DNA of 64,000 nt from NCBI GenBank assembly GCA_000004695.1, contig CM000154.2, positions 1,184,001 to 1,248,000 on the forward strand, written 5' to 3'. The translations under genes and the position numbers were made by a program. The notes below the pieces were generated by a model, which did no database searches, was not told where the DNA came from, and saw nothing but the letters and a program-made list of their open reading frames with translations. Below are positions 13,901-25,764 of this stretch, one piece after another; position 1 is the stretch's first letter; each line of letters starts with the position of its first letter. Source of the stretch: Dictyostelium discoideum (Eukaryota).

Positions 13901-16821
13901 TCTAAATTCTAATGTAACAGTGGCATCATTTTTTGGATTAACAGTTTGAGTGAAAATAACACTATCTCCAGTTGTAATTTTAGTTGATGAAGTAATAGAA
14001 GCACCTTTGTAAGTGAATGTACCGTAGGCAGTTAAATCAGTTGGTTTAGTAAATTGGAGGAATGGTGAGGCGTCTTCAAAATCAGTTGCAGTCATACTGA
14101 ATGTTGATTGGGTATTTAAGGTTGTTGTGATTGTTGATGAAATTGATGAACATTCTGGTAATTGATTTACTTTGTTGATGGTGATTGAAATTGTTGCATA
14201 GGTATTACTTTCGACACAACCATCAAAAGCAACAAATCTAATAGTATTTGAGGCTAAATAATTTTCGAACGGTGTATAGGTGAAAATTTCAGAGGCTGCA
14301 TAATAATTTGATTGTTGTTTTGAAACATCTTTACCATTGCTATCGGTAATAACACCAGCATTAGCTGTTAAGAATGTAGTGAATTTGAATTGTAAAATAT
14401 TTGCATCTGGATCAGTACCTGTTAATTTGAAAGTGGCTAATGAATTTTGATTGACAGAGAATGAACCTGAAGTTGCAACTGGTGGACGATTGTAATTGAT
14501 TGAAATATCAGTTTGACCATAACCCATTGCAGAAATTGTAGCAACTGGTGAAACAATTGTTGTACCTGATGGAAGTGATAATTTAAGACCATTGACAGTT
14601 TGTTGAGTTGATGAAGATGATGAAACTGTAACAGTTGATGGGACACTTGAAACAAATGAAGAACCAGTTGCAGTTGGATCAGATTTATAAACGATTTTGG
14701 ATAAAACATTCTTTACACCAGTATTAGCTTTAGCAGACCAATCACTAGCTGATGTTCCTGAAGCGGTAACAACACTACCAAAACCAGCTGAAGTGAGAGC
14801 TGAATTCCAATTAGTCATAGATGAGGCACCAAAACTAACGACCACTGGTACAATTGATTTTCCAATGAATTTATTTGTGAATGCAGTGATTTGTGCTGAA
14901 CTAGATGAATGATCACTATCGGTAATGATAACAATAACTTTGAATGAACCAGAATTCCAACCAACTGAAGCACTTGCAGCATCAGTAGCAGCCAAGAGTG
15001 AATTTCCATTAGAAGTGGTTGAATAAGTTGCTGGTTTATAAAGTCCAATGGCTGCAGCAATTGGACTACCCATAACTTGTGATGGACTAAATGAAATTGG
15101 TGATGGGGTGTAATCAGAGAAATAACCAATACCAAATTGAGCGGTTTCACAAATATTTTCAATGTTTGAAACAAATGTTGACATACCAGATTTAATATAA
15201 CCAAAGGCAGTAGTTGAAGCAAGATTGGCATCAACTAAAACGTAAACATCGAGATTATTAATTGGGTTTGGAATACTAACAATAGTTGGTACTTCATAGT
15301 TTGGTGTACTTGTGAGATAAACTTGAACTTTGGTTGGATTAACAAATGATGGATTACTGTATGAGATTGAGGTGTTGCTATTTGATAAATCTTTACAACT
15401 TTGAGATGATGAAATACTGCAATCGGCACCAGTCCAACCATTAGAACATAAACATTTACCATCACCATTAATACCACTATTTGGAACACCATTTACACAA
15501 GGTGGAACGGCAACACAATTTTCACCATAATAACCATCTTTACATTCAAAACATTTAGATGCTGGATCCCAATTATCAACACATTTACAAACACCACTCT
15601 CTGTATAACCACCATTACCACAATCTGGTTTAGCCACTAAAATTGTAAAAGAACGAACCGATGATGTTAAACCAGTTGAATCCGAGCAAACAAGAGAAAC
15701 AACATATGAACCGGTATTTGCAGTTGTTGGTGTCCATGTAATGGTTGTATTGGAGGTGGCACCTGTAACAGGAGTTTTGGTAGTGACACCAACTGGAAGA
15801 TTTGCAGTTTGAATGGTTGTTGATCTTCCAGACATAATAGTTTTACAAGAGAAAGTTAAACTTGTAGAGGCACCAATTGGGAATAATTTTGTATCACCAT
15901 CATCTGGAGTTGGTGGAGAGACAAAATCTGGTGGGTAATTACTAGTAGTACAAGTATCGATTGTGGTTGAACCACTGTTTGTGCAACCTTTACATTGAGA
16001 GTTTTGATTACATGCTGTACCAGCGTTTGAACATGTTGGATCACAAGTACCAGGTTCAGCAACTGATTGAAGAATGAAATCCACAACAATGTAGGCACCT
16101 CTTGAATCTAAAATATAAATTTGAGTTGAATAAAGACCAATTTGAGTTGGAAGGAAATAACAGTTACCTTTGGAATCAATTGTCATACCACTTGGTTGAG
16201 TCATTGTATAAACTTTTGAAAAGGAGAAAGTGAGTGCTGATGAGTCTGCATTTTGAACATTTTGATCGGATGCAATAACACGGAAGTTATTGTTTTTATT
16301 TGCAACTACTTGAACGATTGGAATCATACCAGATACTGGTGACCAATTTACCATTGACAATTCATTTTTATTATCGATTTGTACACTTGTTGTAATATTC
16401 CATGATGCATCTTTATTATTTAAAAGAGAACTAATTCTACAACAACTTGTGAAAATGGCGGTATATTCTCTAATTGTTCCAGAGTTTTGAGCTGGATAAG
16501 CTTTGGTTGTCGTGAAAGTACCTGTGAACCAATTATTTTTAACATCAAAATCTGTAACTGTAACAGAGACTGTTACTGATCCAACACCACTTCCAAAATT
16601 TAATGTACCAACATTAACTAAATTTCCAACCTTAATACTTGATGTTGATGAATAGAAAAAGGTTGTTCTATATGCAAAGTTTGATGTGAATTTGATGGTT
16701 CTATAATCTGTTGTTGGTTGCCAACTAATTGTACCAAAACGGAAATGTGATGCTTTGGAAAAAAAAAAATAATAAAAAAAAAATTTAAAATTAATATTTT
16801 TTTTTCACCTTTTCTGTTTAA

Positions 16822-16852
<31 letters not shown>

Positions 16853-16961
16853 TTTATTTGGGAAATAATAAAAAAAAAAAAAAAAAAAAACATTATTACT
16901 TACCATCAGTTAATATAAAAAGTGAAGCTATTAAAATAAATAGGTAAAATAATTTATTCAT
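10946..16961 (-). CDS. Sib-family (similar to integrin beta) adhesion receptor, paralog 1 (A/C-like), ~1955 aa. Exon 1 is 16961..16904 (signal peptide); intron 16903..16753; exon 2 is 16752..10946.
   Basis: Signal peptide MNKLFYLFILIASLFILTD. Cys-rich EGF-like repeats (CKCVDNWDPASKCFECKDGYYGENC...). A VWA-like region, then long Ig-like/cadherin-like repeats. A single TM helix (LTGAIAGAAAGTALIAAAAW). The cytoplasmic tail RLLRKAAPPTDTFF...NPLYEQSASAAENPLYQSASDTTD carries two NPxY motifs, as described for Dictyostelium Sib proteins (talin-binding, integrin-beta-like). Confidence 0.9.
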
Positions 16962-17314
16962 TTTGTTAAAAAATTTTATTAATTATTAATTTATTTATTT
17001 AATAAAGTTAAAATAAAATTTAAATTAAAAAAAATAAAAAAAATAAAAAAAATCCAGAAACTAAACCTGGCCAAAGAAATTTATTCTTTGTTTTTTAAAA
17101 ATACAGTGTGGTAATAATAAAATAGAAAATAGTATAAATGATTAAAAAAAACTTTTTTTTTTTTTTACTTTTTTTTTTTATTTTATTTTATTTTTTTTTT
17201 TTACTTTTTTCTATTTTATTTTATTTTATTTTTTTTTATTTTTTTTTATTTTTTTTTTTGAGTAACCATAAAAACGGATCTGTCAAATTTTTGTTAAAAA
17301 GTGTCAATTCGTTG

Positions 17315-17331
17315 GAAAAAAATCTAGATTT
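17315..17331. promoter_or_regulatory. Candidate cis-element GAAAAAAATCTAGATTT. It contains the perfect 12-bp palindrome AAATCTAGATTT and lies ~360 bp upstream of the paralog-1 ATG.
   Basis: The identical 17-mer recurs at 24890-24906, upstream of paralog 2. It sits inside a locally GC-richer island (17270-17350) in an otherwise >85% AT spacer. Confidence 0.35.
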
Positions 17332-17737
17332 CGTGAATATTTTAGATTTGCGCAAAAAAAAAATTGGTCCAAACAGTTTAAATTAATTTATTTTTTTTTT
17401 AATTTTTTTTTCATTTTTTTTTCATTTTTTTTTCATTTTTTTCATTTTTTTTTCATTTTTTTTTATTTTTTTCATTTTTTAAAAGATATTTTTTTTTTTT
17501 TTTTAAAAATAAAACACTTTGCCAAATGATGGGCGAAAATAAAAAATTTAAAATAAAAAAAAAAAAAAGGCTAAAATTGGATTGTGAATTTTGTGATATG
17601 GAACCATTTAAGTACTTTTTTGTGATATTTAACAACCTTTTACAAAAAAAAAAATAAAAAAAAAAATAAATATTAAAATAGTTTTAAATGAAGATAAAAG
17701 GGAATTTCATTGTTGTTATCAATTTTTTTTTTTTTTT

Positions 17738-17741
17738 AAAA

Positions 17742-17780
<39 letters not shown>

Positions 17781-17845
17781 ATATATAAATAAATAAATAA
17801 ATAAATAAATAGATAAATAAATAAATAAATAAATAAATAAAATTT
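17738..17845. repeat. (AAAT)n tetranucleotide microsatellite
   Basis: About 25 tandem AAAT units with a few interruptions, read directly from the sequence. Confidence 0.95.
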
Positions 17846-17886
17846 TTTTCAAAATAAATAAATTAAATAAAATAAATTAAAATTTG

Positions 17887-17960
<74 letters not shown>
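17887..17960. repeat. Poly(A) homopolymer, ~74 nt
   Basis: An uninterrupted A run in the spacer between sib paralogs 1 and 2. Confidence 0.95.
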
Positions 17961-17962
<2 letters not shown>

Positions 17963-18241
17963 AGGTCTGGTCAATTTCGCCTCATTCAATTCTTTGGAAT
18001 ATTTTTTTTTTTTTTTTATTTTTTTAAAATAATTTTAGTGTTTTTTTTACACTGTTATTATATTGATATTATAAATTATTATTTAAATAAATATAAATAT
18101 TTTATTATTATTATTTTATAATAATTAATATTTATTTAAATTAATTTATTAAATAAAAAATAAAAAATAAAAAATAAAATAATAATAATTTATTTTTTAA
18201 TTTATAAAATTATTTGTTTTTTTATTTATTTTTTTTTTTTT

Positions 18242-21200
18242 TTAATCATCGGCACCTTCATAAATTCTTGATACATATGATGTTTCAGATTTTTCGTAAA
18301 TTGGACTACTTGAAACATCACCCATAAAAGCACCTTCATCAAAGAAAGTATCAGTTGGTGGGGATGATCTTTTTATCATTTTCCATAAACCAATTACAAG
18401 TAATGCTGCACCAGCAGAAGCACCAGCAATTGCGCCTGATAAAACTGTTTTATTGTCGGTATTTTGGGTGGTAGCAATTGGGTCATTAATTATAATATTC
18501 ACATATCCAGTTGCATTTAAATGTGATTCAGCTCTAACTGTTGATGGTGCACTATAGCCCAAATCATCAATGAATAATTTTAGACGATATTTTCCACTAA
18601 TTGAACCAATGACTGAGATTGTTGATATTGATGCATTAAGAGATTTCTTTGATCCAATACATGTGATAAGGGCAAGATTTAGATTTGGGTTACATTTGGG
18701 AGTGGCTTGAGTAAAGGATAATTTAATAATGGAAAGTGGTAAAACTTCATCACCATCATTATCATCAACAATTGATACAATTAATGAAATATTATTATTA
18801 ACTGAATCTGGATCATCCAATGTTATATTTGTAATTGAAATGGTTAGATTAACTTTACCTACAAAAGTGTTTGAATTTGATCCAATGTAGATTTTTGGTT
18901 GAAGGTTAACAGAGTTTACATTTATAATTACAGTGGAAGTTTGTGACACAACTCCTTTTTCATCGATAACATTAAATGGAACACGAGCATAATTATCACC
19001 AGTTGTACCTTTAGTTGGTATGAAAATTACATACCAATAGCCATCTTCATTTAGTGGAATTAATTGAGATGTATGGTTGATTTCTCTTCCTAAATAGTCT
19101 GAGGAGTTATCATCAAATGAATAAATTAAACCACGAAGTGGAAGATTTGAAACTAAAGCAACTAAAGGGACTGTTTGGTTATCTATATCACTACCATAAA
19201 TTTTAATTAGTACAGAATCATTAACATTCATATTAATTGTTGAACCATCAATTTGAATTTCTTTTTCAAATTGATTTAAAATTCTATAACTTATTAATTC
19301 AGTGGCTGGTGGTTGATTCACATGAATAACATTAACTGTAATATTATAAATTTTAGAGATAATATCATTATCAAATAAAATAAATTGAATTTGATCAAAG
19401 TTTGAACCAAATTGATTTCTTGGTGGATTATATGCAAAATTGTAGGATGTTGAACCAAGTTGTTGGCTTGGGTACTCTGTTATTAGTTTATCAAAGAAAC
19501 CTTCTTTACCCATACTATGGGAAATTGATAAATTACCTCTACCACTGAAACTTAAAACTCGTATACTAACAGATAAACCGCCTCCACCAAGTTCTCCCTC
19601 AATTGTTAATGGGAAACGAGTATTTTGTAATACACTAATATCAGAGTCACCAAGGTAAATTGGTGGGTTTCTAGATCTAACTTGGAATGATATTGTTGAA
19701 GAAGGAGATAAAAGACCTTGTGGATCGACGATTGAGTATGAAATTCTATCCAATGGACCTAAATGATCCACTGTATCCCAATTTGATTGACCTGGTAAAG
19801 GTGTATATGTTAATTCATCCAAACCAAAAGTATTGTCTCCACCAATCAATTCTTTTGTCAAAACCACATTGCTATCAATGGATTTGGAAAGTTTACCATT
19901 GATTGGTAGAGAGTACAATAAAACTTTTAATAGCTTTTCATTGGATTCAATATCAGAACCTTCAAAAGAAAATGCAATGAATGAATCTTGTGAAAGTTTA
20001 ACTGAACTAATATTAGTTTTTGGTGGAGTGTTTATGTAATAGTATTGAACATTACCTATTACATCACCTGTTGACAATACACCTTTTGGTGTTGTTTTTT
20101 CACTATCATCAACACAGTTAATGCTAAAGGTACTTAAAACATTCGAAAATGGGGTTGGTGTAATGATTGAAGGGTCCAACAATTTAAAACTATAGGCATT
20201 ATTTGGTAACACCATTGGCACTGATTTTATTTGCACACCTTTGTCATCATACATAAGGATTTGTTTTGGAAGGGATATTACTGAGCAAATTACATTATCA
20301 CCATCTTGGTCACTGGTATTTAAAGTTTCTATAACCCCATCACCACTCTCTGATGTAAATTTATAAACATCAATCAAAACATTTGGTTTATGATTAATTG
20401 GTTTGATAGTAATAGTTGTAGATTCAATTGATGATTTTGCATTAAATGTGTCAATAACTTGATATGAATAACTATCAGTACCAGCGTACCCTGGATTTGG
20501 TCTATAATAATGAGTGAAAGGTGCATTTCCTTGAATGGCTATAGAACTACCATTTTGGACAGTAACTAAAATACCATTCGATGGTGGATTTGTAATTATA
20601 GCAATTAAATTATTAGCATTTTGTGGATTGTAATCATCGATATCAGCATCGGTACCAGTTACAACATGTGCATCAGAATCTAAATAATCTTGATAAACAC
20701 TGTAATCTTGAATTTTATTTACGACTGGCGCAACATTAGTACGATAACCAACAATATTAACTATTACAGTGGCCAAATTTGATTCTAAACCTTCATCATC
20801 AGTTGATGTGAATGATATGAATGCATAGTTTGGAACTGCAGAAGGTTCTGAATTGGTGAAACAAATTGGAAGACTGGCTTGATTTTTGGCGTATTGAATC
20901 TGTGAATACTTTGTATTGTCAGTAATATCGATACGATCATTTGATCCAGCAACACAAGAACAGCTATTATCAGTGCATGAATAGAATGTACCTGTTTTAC
21001 CAGCATTAACCTTTTTTATGGTAAATATAGCAGATTTTGAATCTATATCAGTTGATAATAAAGATAGGGGATTCCCGATACTTCTTGGAATAGTAACAGA
21101 TGTTCCATCATTTGAAATTGGTGCTTCATTCGTATGTGTAATATTAATAGTTTGGGTACATAAATTTGAAAATAAACCAGATGAATCTTTTGATTTGAAA

Positions 21201-24185
21201 GTCAAAGGAACTAAAAGATTTAATGGATTCTTTGTTTGTTTGAAAAGTATTTTCACACTCTTTTTAATTATTGTATCTATAGTTACTTTAGCACCAATAT
21301 ATGTTAGTTGTCCATATTGTTCTAAGGATGCTAGCTCTGAGCTCACAATAAACTGTGCATTAAGAATTAATAGTTGATCATCATCTTCAAAATCAGTAGC
21401 AGTAAATGAAAAATCAACCGTTTTTTCAAATTCAGATATAACAATAGCTGAACTACATTCAGGTGGTTGATTCACCTTATTGATAGAGAATGAAACTTTT
21501 GCACTTGAATCACTAGTTAAACAACCATCATCAGCAATAAAACTAATATACAATGATTTCAAATAGTTTTTATAAGGTGAAAATGTAAATTTTTCACTTC
21601 CTGCGTATAATTCATCCTTTTGAGTTGAAACATCAATACCTTTACTTGTTTTAATTAAACCTTCTGTACTCGATAAAAATGATGTAAATTTAAAGGTCAA
21701 AATATTTCTATCTGGATCAGAGCCTTCCAATTGAAATATAGCATCAGAGTTTTGATTACAAGAAATTCCAAATGGATTTGGTGTTGGTGGATGATTGTAG
21801 TTTGTTTTAATATCGATACAACCATATCCTATAGTACACACTCTAAGTGATGGATTTATACTACTATTGTAATTGATTGGTAAAGATAAAGAAAGACCAG
21901 ACAAAGTTTTGACAACTTCAATATCTGCATCTATAGGTAAATTTTCTGGAATTGATTTTAAAAATGCAAGACCACCAGAGTTATCATTAACTTTAAATAT
22001 AATATTCTGTAACACTCCATTACCTAATACTGAGCTTGATGTTTCTTTGAATGCTGTCTTTACAAAATTTTTCCAACCTTGAGCATCAGATGATAATTTA
22101 TAAGCTCCAAAACCACATTGATATAATGTTGAATTCCAATTACTTAGAGAAACATTAATTCCAATAACTACAGGAGCAATTGACTTTTCAATGAATGCAT
22201 TTTTAAATTCATCTATTTCTGTTTGGATGGGACTTAAAGGAAGATCTGTTCTTGGTATAATGATCATAGACTTAAAGGCATTCGTTCTCCAACCTAGTGG
22301 AGTCTTTGCTGCTTTGGTTGCAGCCGATAAAGATTTTCCTGTAATTGTATGATTATAGCCACTCCATTTTTTATTTTCTAGTGATGTTACAATAGAGTCT
22401 GATGGAATTTTAGCTAAATCAGCGAATAAACCATTTTCATCAATAATGCCCAACCCAAATGATACACTTTCAGGAGATAGTTCCAAAATTTTCGTTTTGG
22501 CGTCATTCAATTGAGATAGAATATTGTTGAATTCATTTTGAGTGTTTTGATTAATATCAATCAAAAAGTAAACATCAATTAATTTATTTTTCTCTGGAAT
22601 TTTAATATTGACTTGTATTTGATACTTTTGATTATTTGCCAAATATACTTGAATGCCTACTGGGTTAATATATGATTGCTCCATAATTGAAGAACTAACA
22701 ACACCACTTTTTAATGACCCACATGATTGACTGTTTGAAATTGAACAATCATCGCCAATCCAACCATTGTTACAATAGCATTTACCATCACCCAAAATTC
22801 CACTATTGGAAACACCATTGACACAAAGTGGCACAGCAATACACTTTTCTCCATAATATCCTTTTGAACAATCTAAACAATCACTTTCAGAGGTAAAATT
22901 CTTTGGACAAACACAAATACCTTTATCTCTAAATCCCCCATTTGAACAATCAGGTTTTTCTTTTAGAAAAAATTTAAAAATTAATAAAATTAAATTTATA
23001 AATAAAATAATTAAAAAAAGAAAACTTACTAATAATAATTTCTATTGAAGTTGTAATTTTTATCAAAGAGTCGGTACATACTATATATTTAACATATGTT
23101 CCATAATCTTGAAAAGATGTCGGGAACCATAATAAATTTATTGTTGATTTTGGTCCAATTTCTAAAATTTTTGTTATGAAACCAATTGGAAAACCGACAG
23201 GTTGAATAGTTGTGTTTAAACCAATTGCATCTGTTGTACAAGAAACATTAAAACCTTCATTTTGCTCACCAATAACAAATGTTTGTGTTTGATTGGGCTT
23301 TGGAGTTGGTGGGTAAATAAAAATAGGCTTTGTTGATAAACAAGCGTCTTGTGTTTTATTATATACTAAATTGCCACAATTAATACAGTCACTGTTTTTT
23401 GTACAAATTTCACCACTGTTATTGCACTGATGATGACAAAACCCATTTTGTATCTCTGATTGGAGGATAAAGTCAAGAGTTATATACGCACCATTTTTAT
23501 CTGTAATTATTACCTTTGCGCAATATAAACCAACAGATGATGGCATGAAATATACCATACCAGTGTTTTTATCAAGTGTCATCCCATCAGGCTTTGCTTC
23601 GCCAAATGTAAACACAAGATTAGAATACTCTCCAGGTCTGAGATGTTGATCAGAGGCAGGGATATTGAAATTATTATTTCTACCATATGTTACTGGATAG
23701 ATAGGTACCATTCCTGATACTGGTGACCAATTAATTTTATCAAGTGAATTACTATTATCAATTTGTACCAATGATTTTATTGTAAAATCACCATCTTTTT
23801 CATTCAAAAGAGTACTGATTCTACAGCACAACGAATAGAAGGCAGTATAGTTAGCAGTTTTTCCTACTTCCAATGTTGGGTATGTGTGGGAAAATACTGA
23901 AGTGCCAGTAAACCAATCATCTTTAGAGTCAACCGTTGTTAGTATTAATTGATAAGTACTCACAACATTATCTCCAAAATTGAAAGAAATTTTTATAAAA
24001 TCATTTTTTTGGGGCAAATTGGAGAACCAGGCACTGGTTCTGAAGCCAAGGTCAAGAGTAAATTGTATTTCATTGTATTGAGTAGTTGGTTGCCATTTAA
24101 ATGTACCAAACCTAATATGAGAAGCTTTTATTATTAAAAAAATTATAATAATATAAGAATTTTTGTTTTTTTTTTTTGATTTTTA

Positions 24186-24231
<46 letters not shown>

Positions 24232-24299
24232 ATTTTACCGTTTGAGAAAGTTATCAAAAAATAAATAAAAAATAATAATTTTACAACAAAACTAAACAT
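18242..24299 (-). CDS. Sib-family adhesion receptor, paralog 2 (divergent), ~1958 aa. Three exons: 24299..24239 (signal peptide), 24124..23030, 22959..18242.
   Basis: Signal peptide [20 protein letters not shown], phase-1 GTAAAA donor. Exon 2 begins [15 protein letters not shown]..., parallel to the other paralogs. There is an extra 70-nt intron (GTAAGT...AAAAG) inside the EGF-like region. Same overall architecture as paralog 1 (EGF-like, VWA-like, repeats, [21 protein letters not shown]). The tail reads ...[21 protein letters not shown]; both NPxY motifs are replaced by SPIY and SRIY. Confidence 0.85.
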
Positions 24300-24666
24300 T
24301 TTTTAATAAAAAGTAATAAAATAAAAGATTTTGTTTTTTAAAATCTTTATTTCTTTTTTATTAAAAATTTTTTTTTTTTTTTTTAACTATTATTAGTTTT
24401 TAATTTATTTGTTTGTTTTTTATTTTTTTATTGTATTATTAAAACTTGATATTAAGAAAAATGAAAATTTTAAAAAAAAAATTTAATAAATTAAAATTAA
24501 TACAATTTATTTATTTTAATTCATTTATTTTAATTTTTTTTTTTTTTTTTTAAAAAACTAGATATTTTATCAATCCAAAATAAAGAAACTTTGAATTCTT
24601 TTTATTATAATTATATTCTATCCAATTACTCTTTGTTAGTTTAATTTAATTTTAAACATTAAAAAC

Positions 24667-24765
24667 AATCCAGCCAACCAAATTTTTAAGTAAAAAAAAA
24701 AAAAAAAAAAAATATTTTCCAATTTTTTTTTCAAAATATCCATTTTTTTTTGAGGTTGGCTGGAT
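24667..24765. repeat. Inverted repeat ATCCAGCCAACC (24667-24678) and GGTTGGCTGGAT (24754-24765), flanking a ~75-bp A/T spacer. It could form a hairpin or be a MITE-like terminal inverted repeat.
   Basis: 12/12 reverse-complement match read directly from the sequence. Such GC content is unusual in this intergenic DNA. Confidence 0.6.
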
Positions 24766-24889
24766 ATAAAAATTTAATTAAAGTGGTGAGAAGTGATTTT
24801 ATGCGGTGTTGGCCACTTTTTTTATTTTCCACGAGTTTCAAAGAAAAAAAAAAAATAAAAATGAGCCGCGTAGAAAATGGTTTTAGTTG

Positions 24890-24906
24890 AAAAAAATCTA
24901 GATTTT
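24890..24906. promoter_or_regulatory. Second copy of GAAAAAAATCTAGATTT (palindrome AAATCTAGATTT), ~595 bp upstream of the paralog-2 ATG.
   Basis: Exact 17/17 match to 17315-17331. Neighbouring short GC-richer motifs include AAATGAGCCGCGT at 24860-24872. Confidence 0.35.
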
Positions 24907-25104
24907 AGAATTTTTTTTTAAATACAGACTTAATTAAATTTAGTTTGAAATAATTTTTTCTATTCTTTGATATTTCAAAAGTGAATTGAAATATACAAAA
25001 ATAAATAAAAATAGAAAAAGAGTAACAAAGTGACTTTTTTTTTAGTTTTTTTTTTTTTTTGATTAAATTAATTTAAGTATTTAATTGTCTTAAAATGAGT
25101 TTGC

Positions 25105-25156
<52 letters not shown>

Positions 25157-25764
25157 ATAATAATAATAATAATAAATTCCCTATCCGACTAATGGAATCT
25201 GATTTATTTTTTATTTTTTTTTTATTTTTTTTTTTTAAGTATACTATAACCCTTTAATGAAAAACAAACAAATATTTTTTTTTTTTATATTAAAAATGAT
25301 TTTTTTTTTTTTTTTTTTTATTTATGATATATAAAAACAGAAATACCCAAAGTGATAAAATATAAAAAAAATTTATTAATCCTTTCTGTTTTTTTAATTT
25401 TTTTTTTTTTCAAATTTTATTTTCGAGGAACATATAAAAAAAAAATCTGAAAGATTACTAAGAGAATCTGATTTATTTTTGATTTTTTTTCGTCGAAATG
25501 AGCGGCGTGTTTATACTAAATCAAAAGAAAAAATGGAAATTTTTTTTTTTTTAAAACTCAATTTTTACCTTCCAAAAAATGAAATAATAATAATAATAAA
25601 ATCTAAACAATCTTTCATATTTTTTAATCAAAAACTAAAAAAAAAATAAAATTTAACACCATATTGAGGGAATCAATTTTAAAAAAAAAAGTTTGAGATG
25701 AATGAAATTATTAAATTTTATTAAAAAAAAGATTTAATTATTGAGAAATATTTAATAAGAAACT

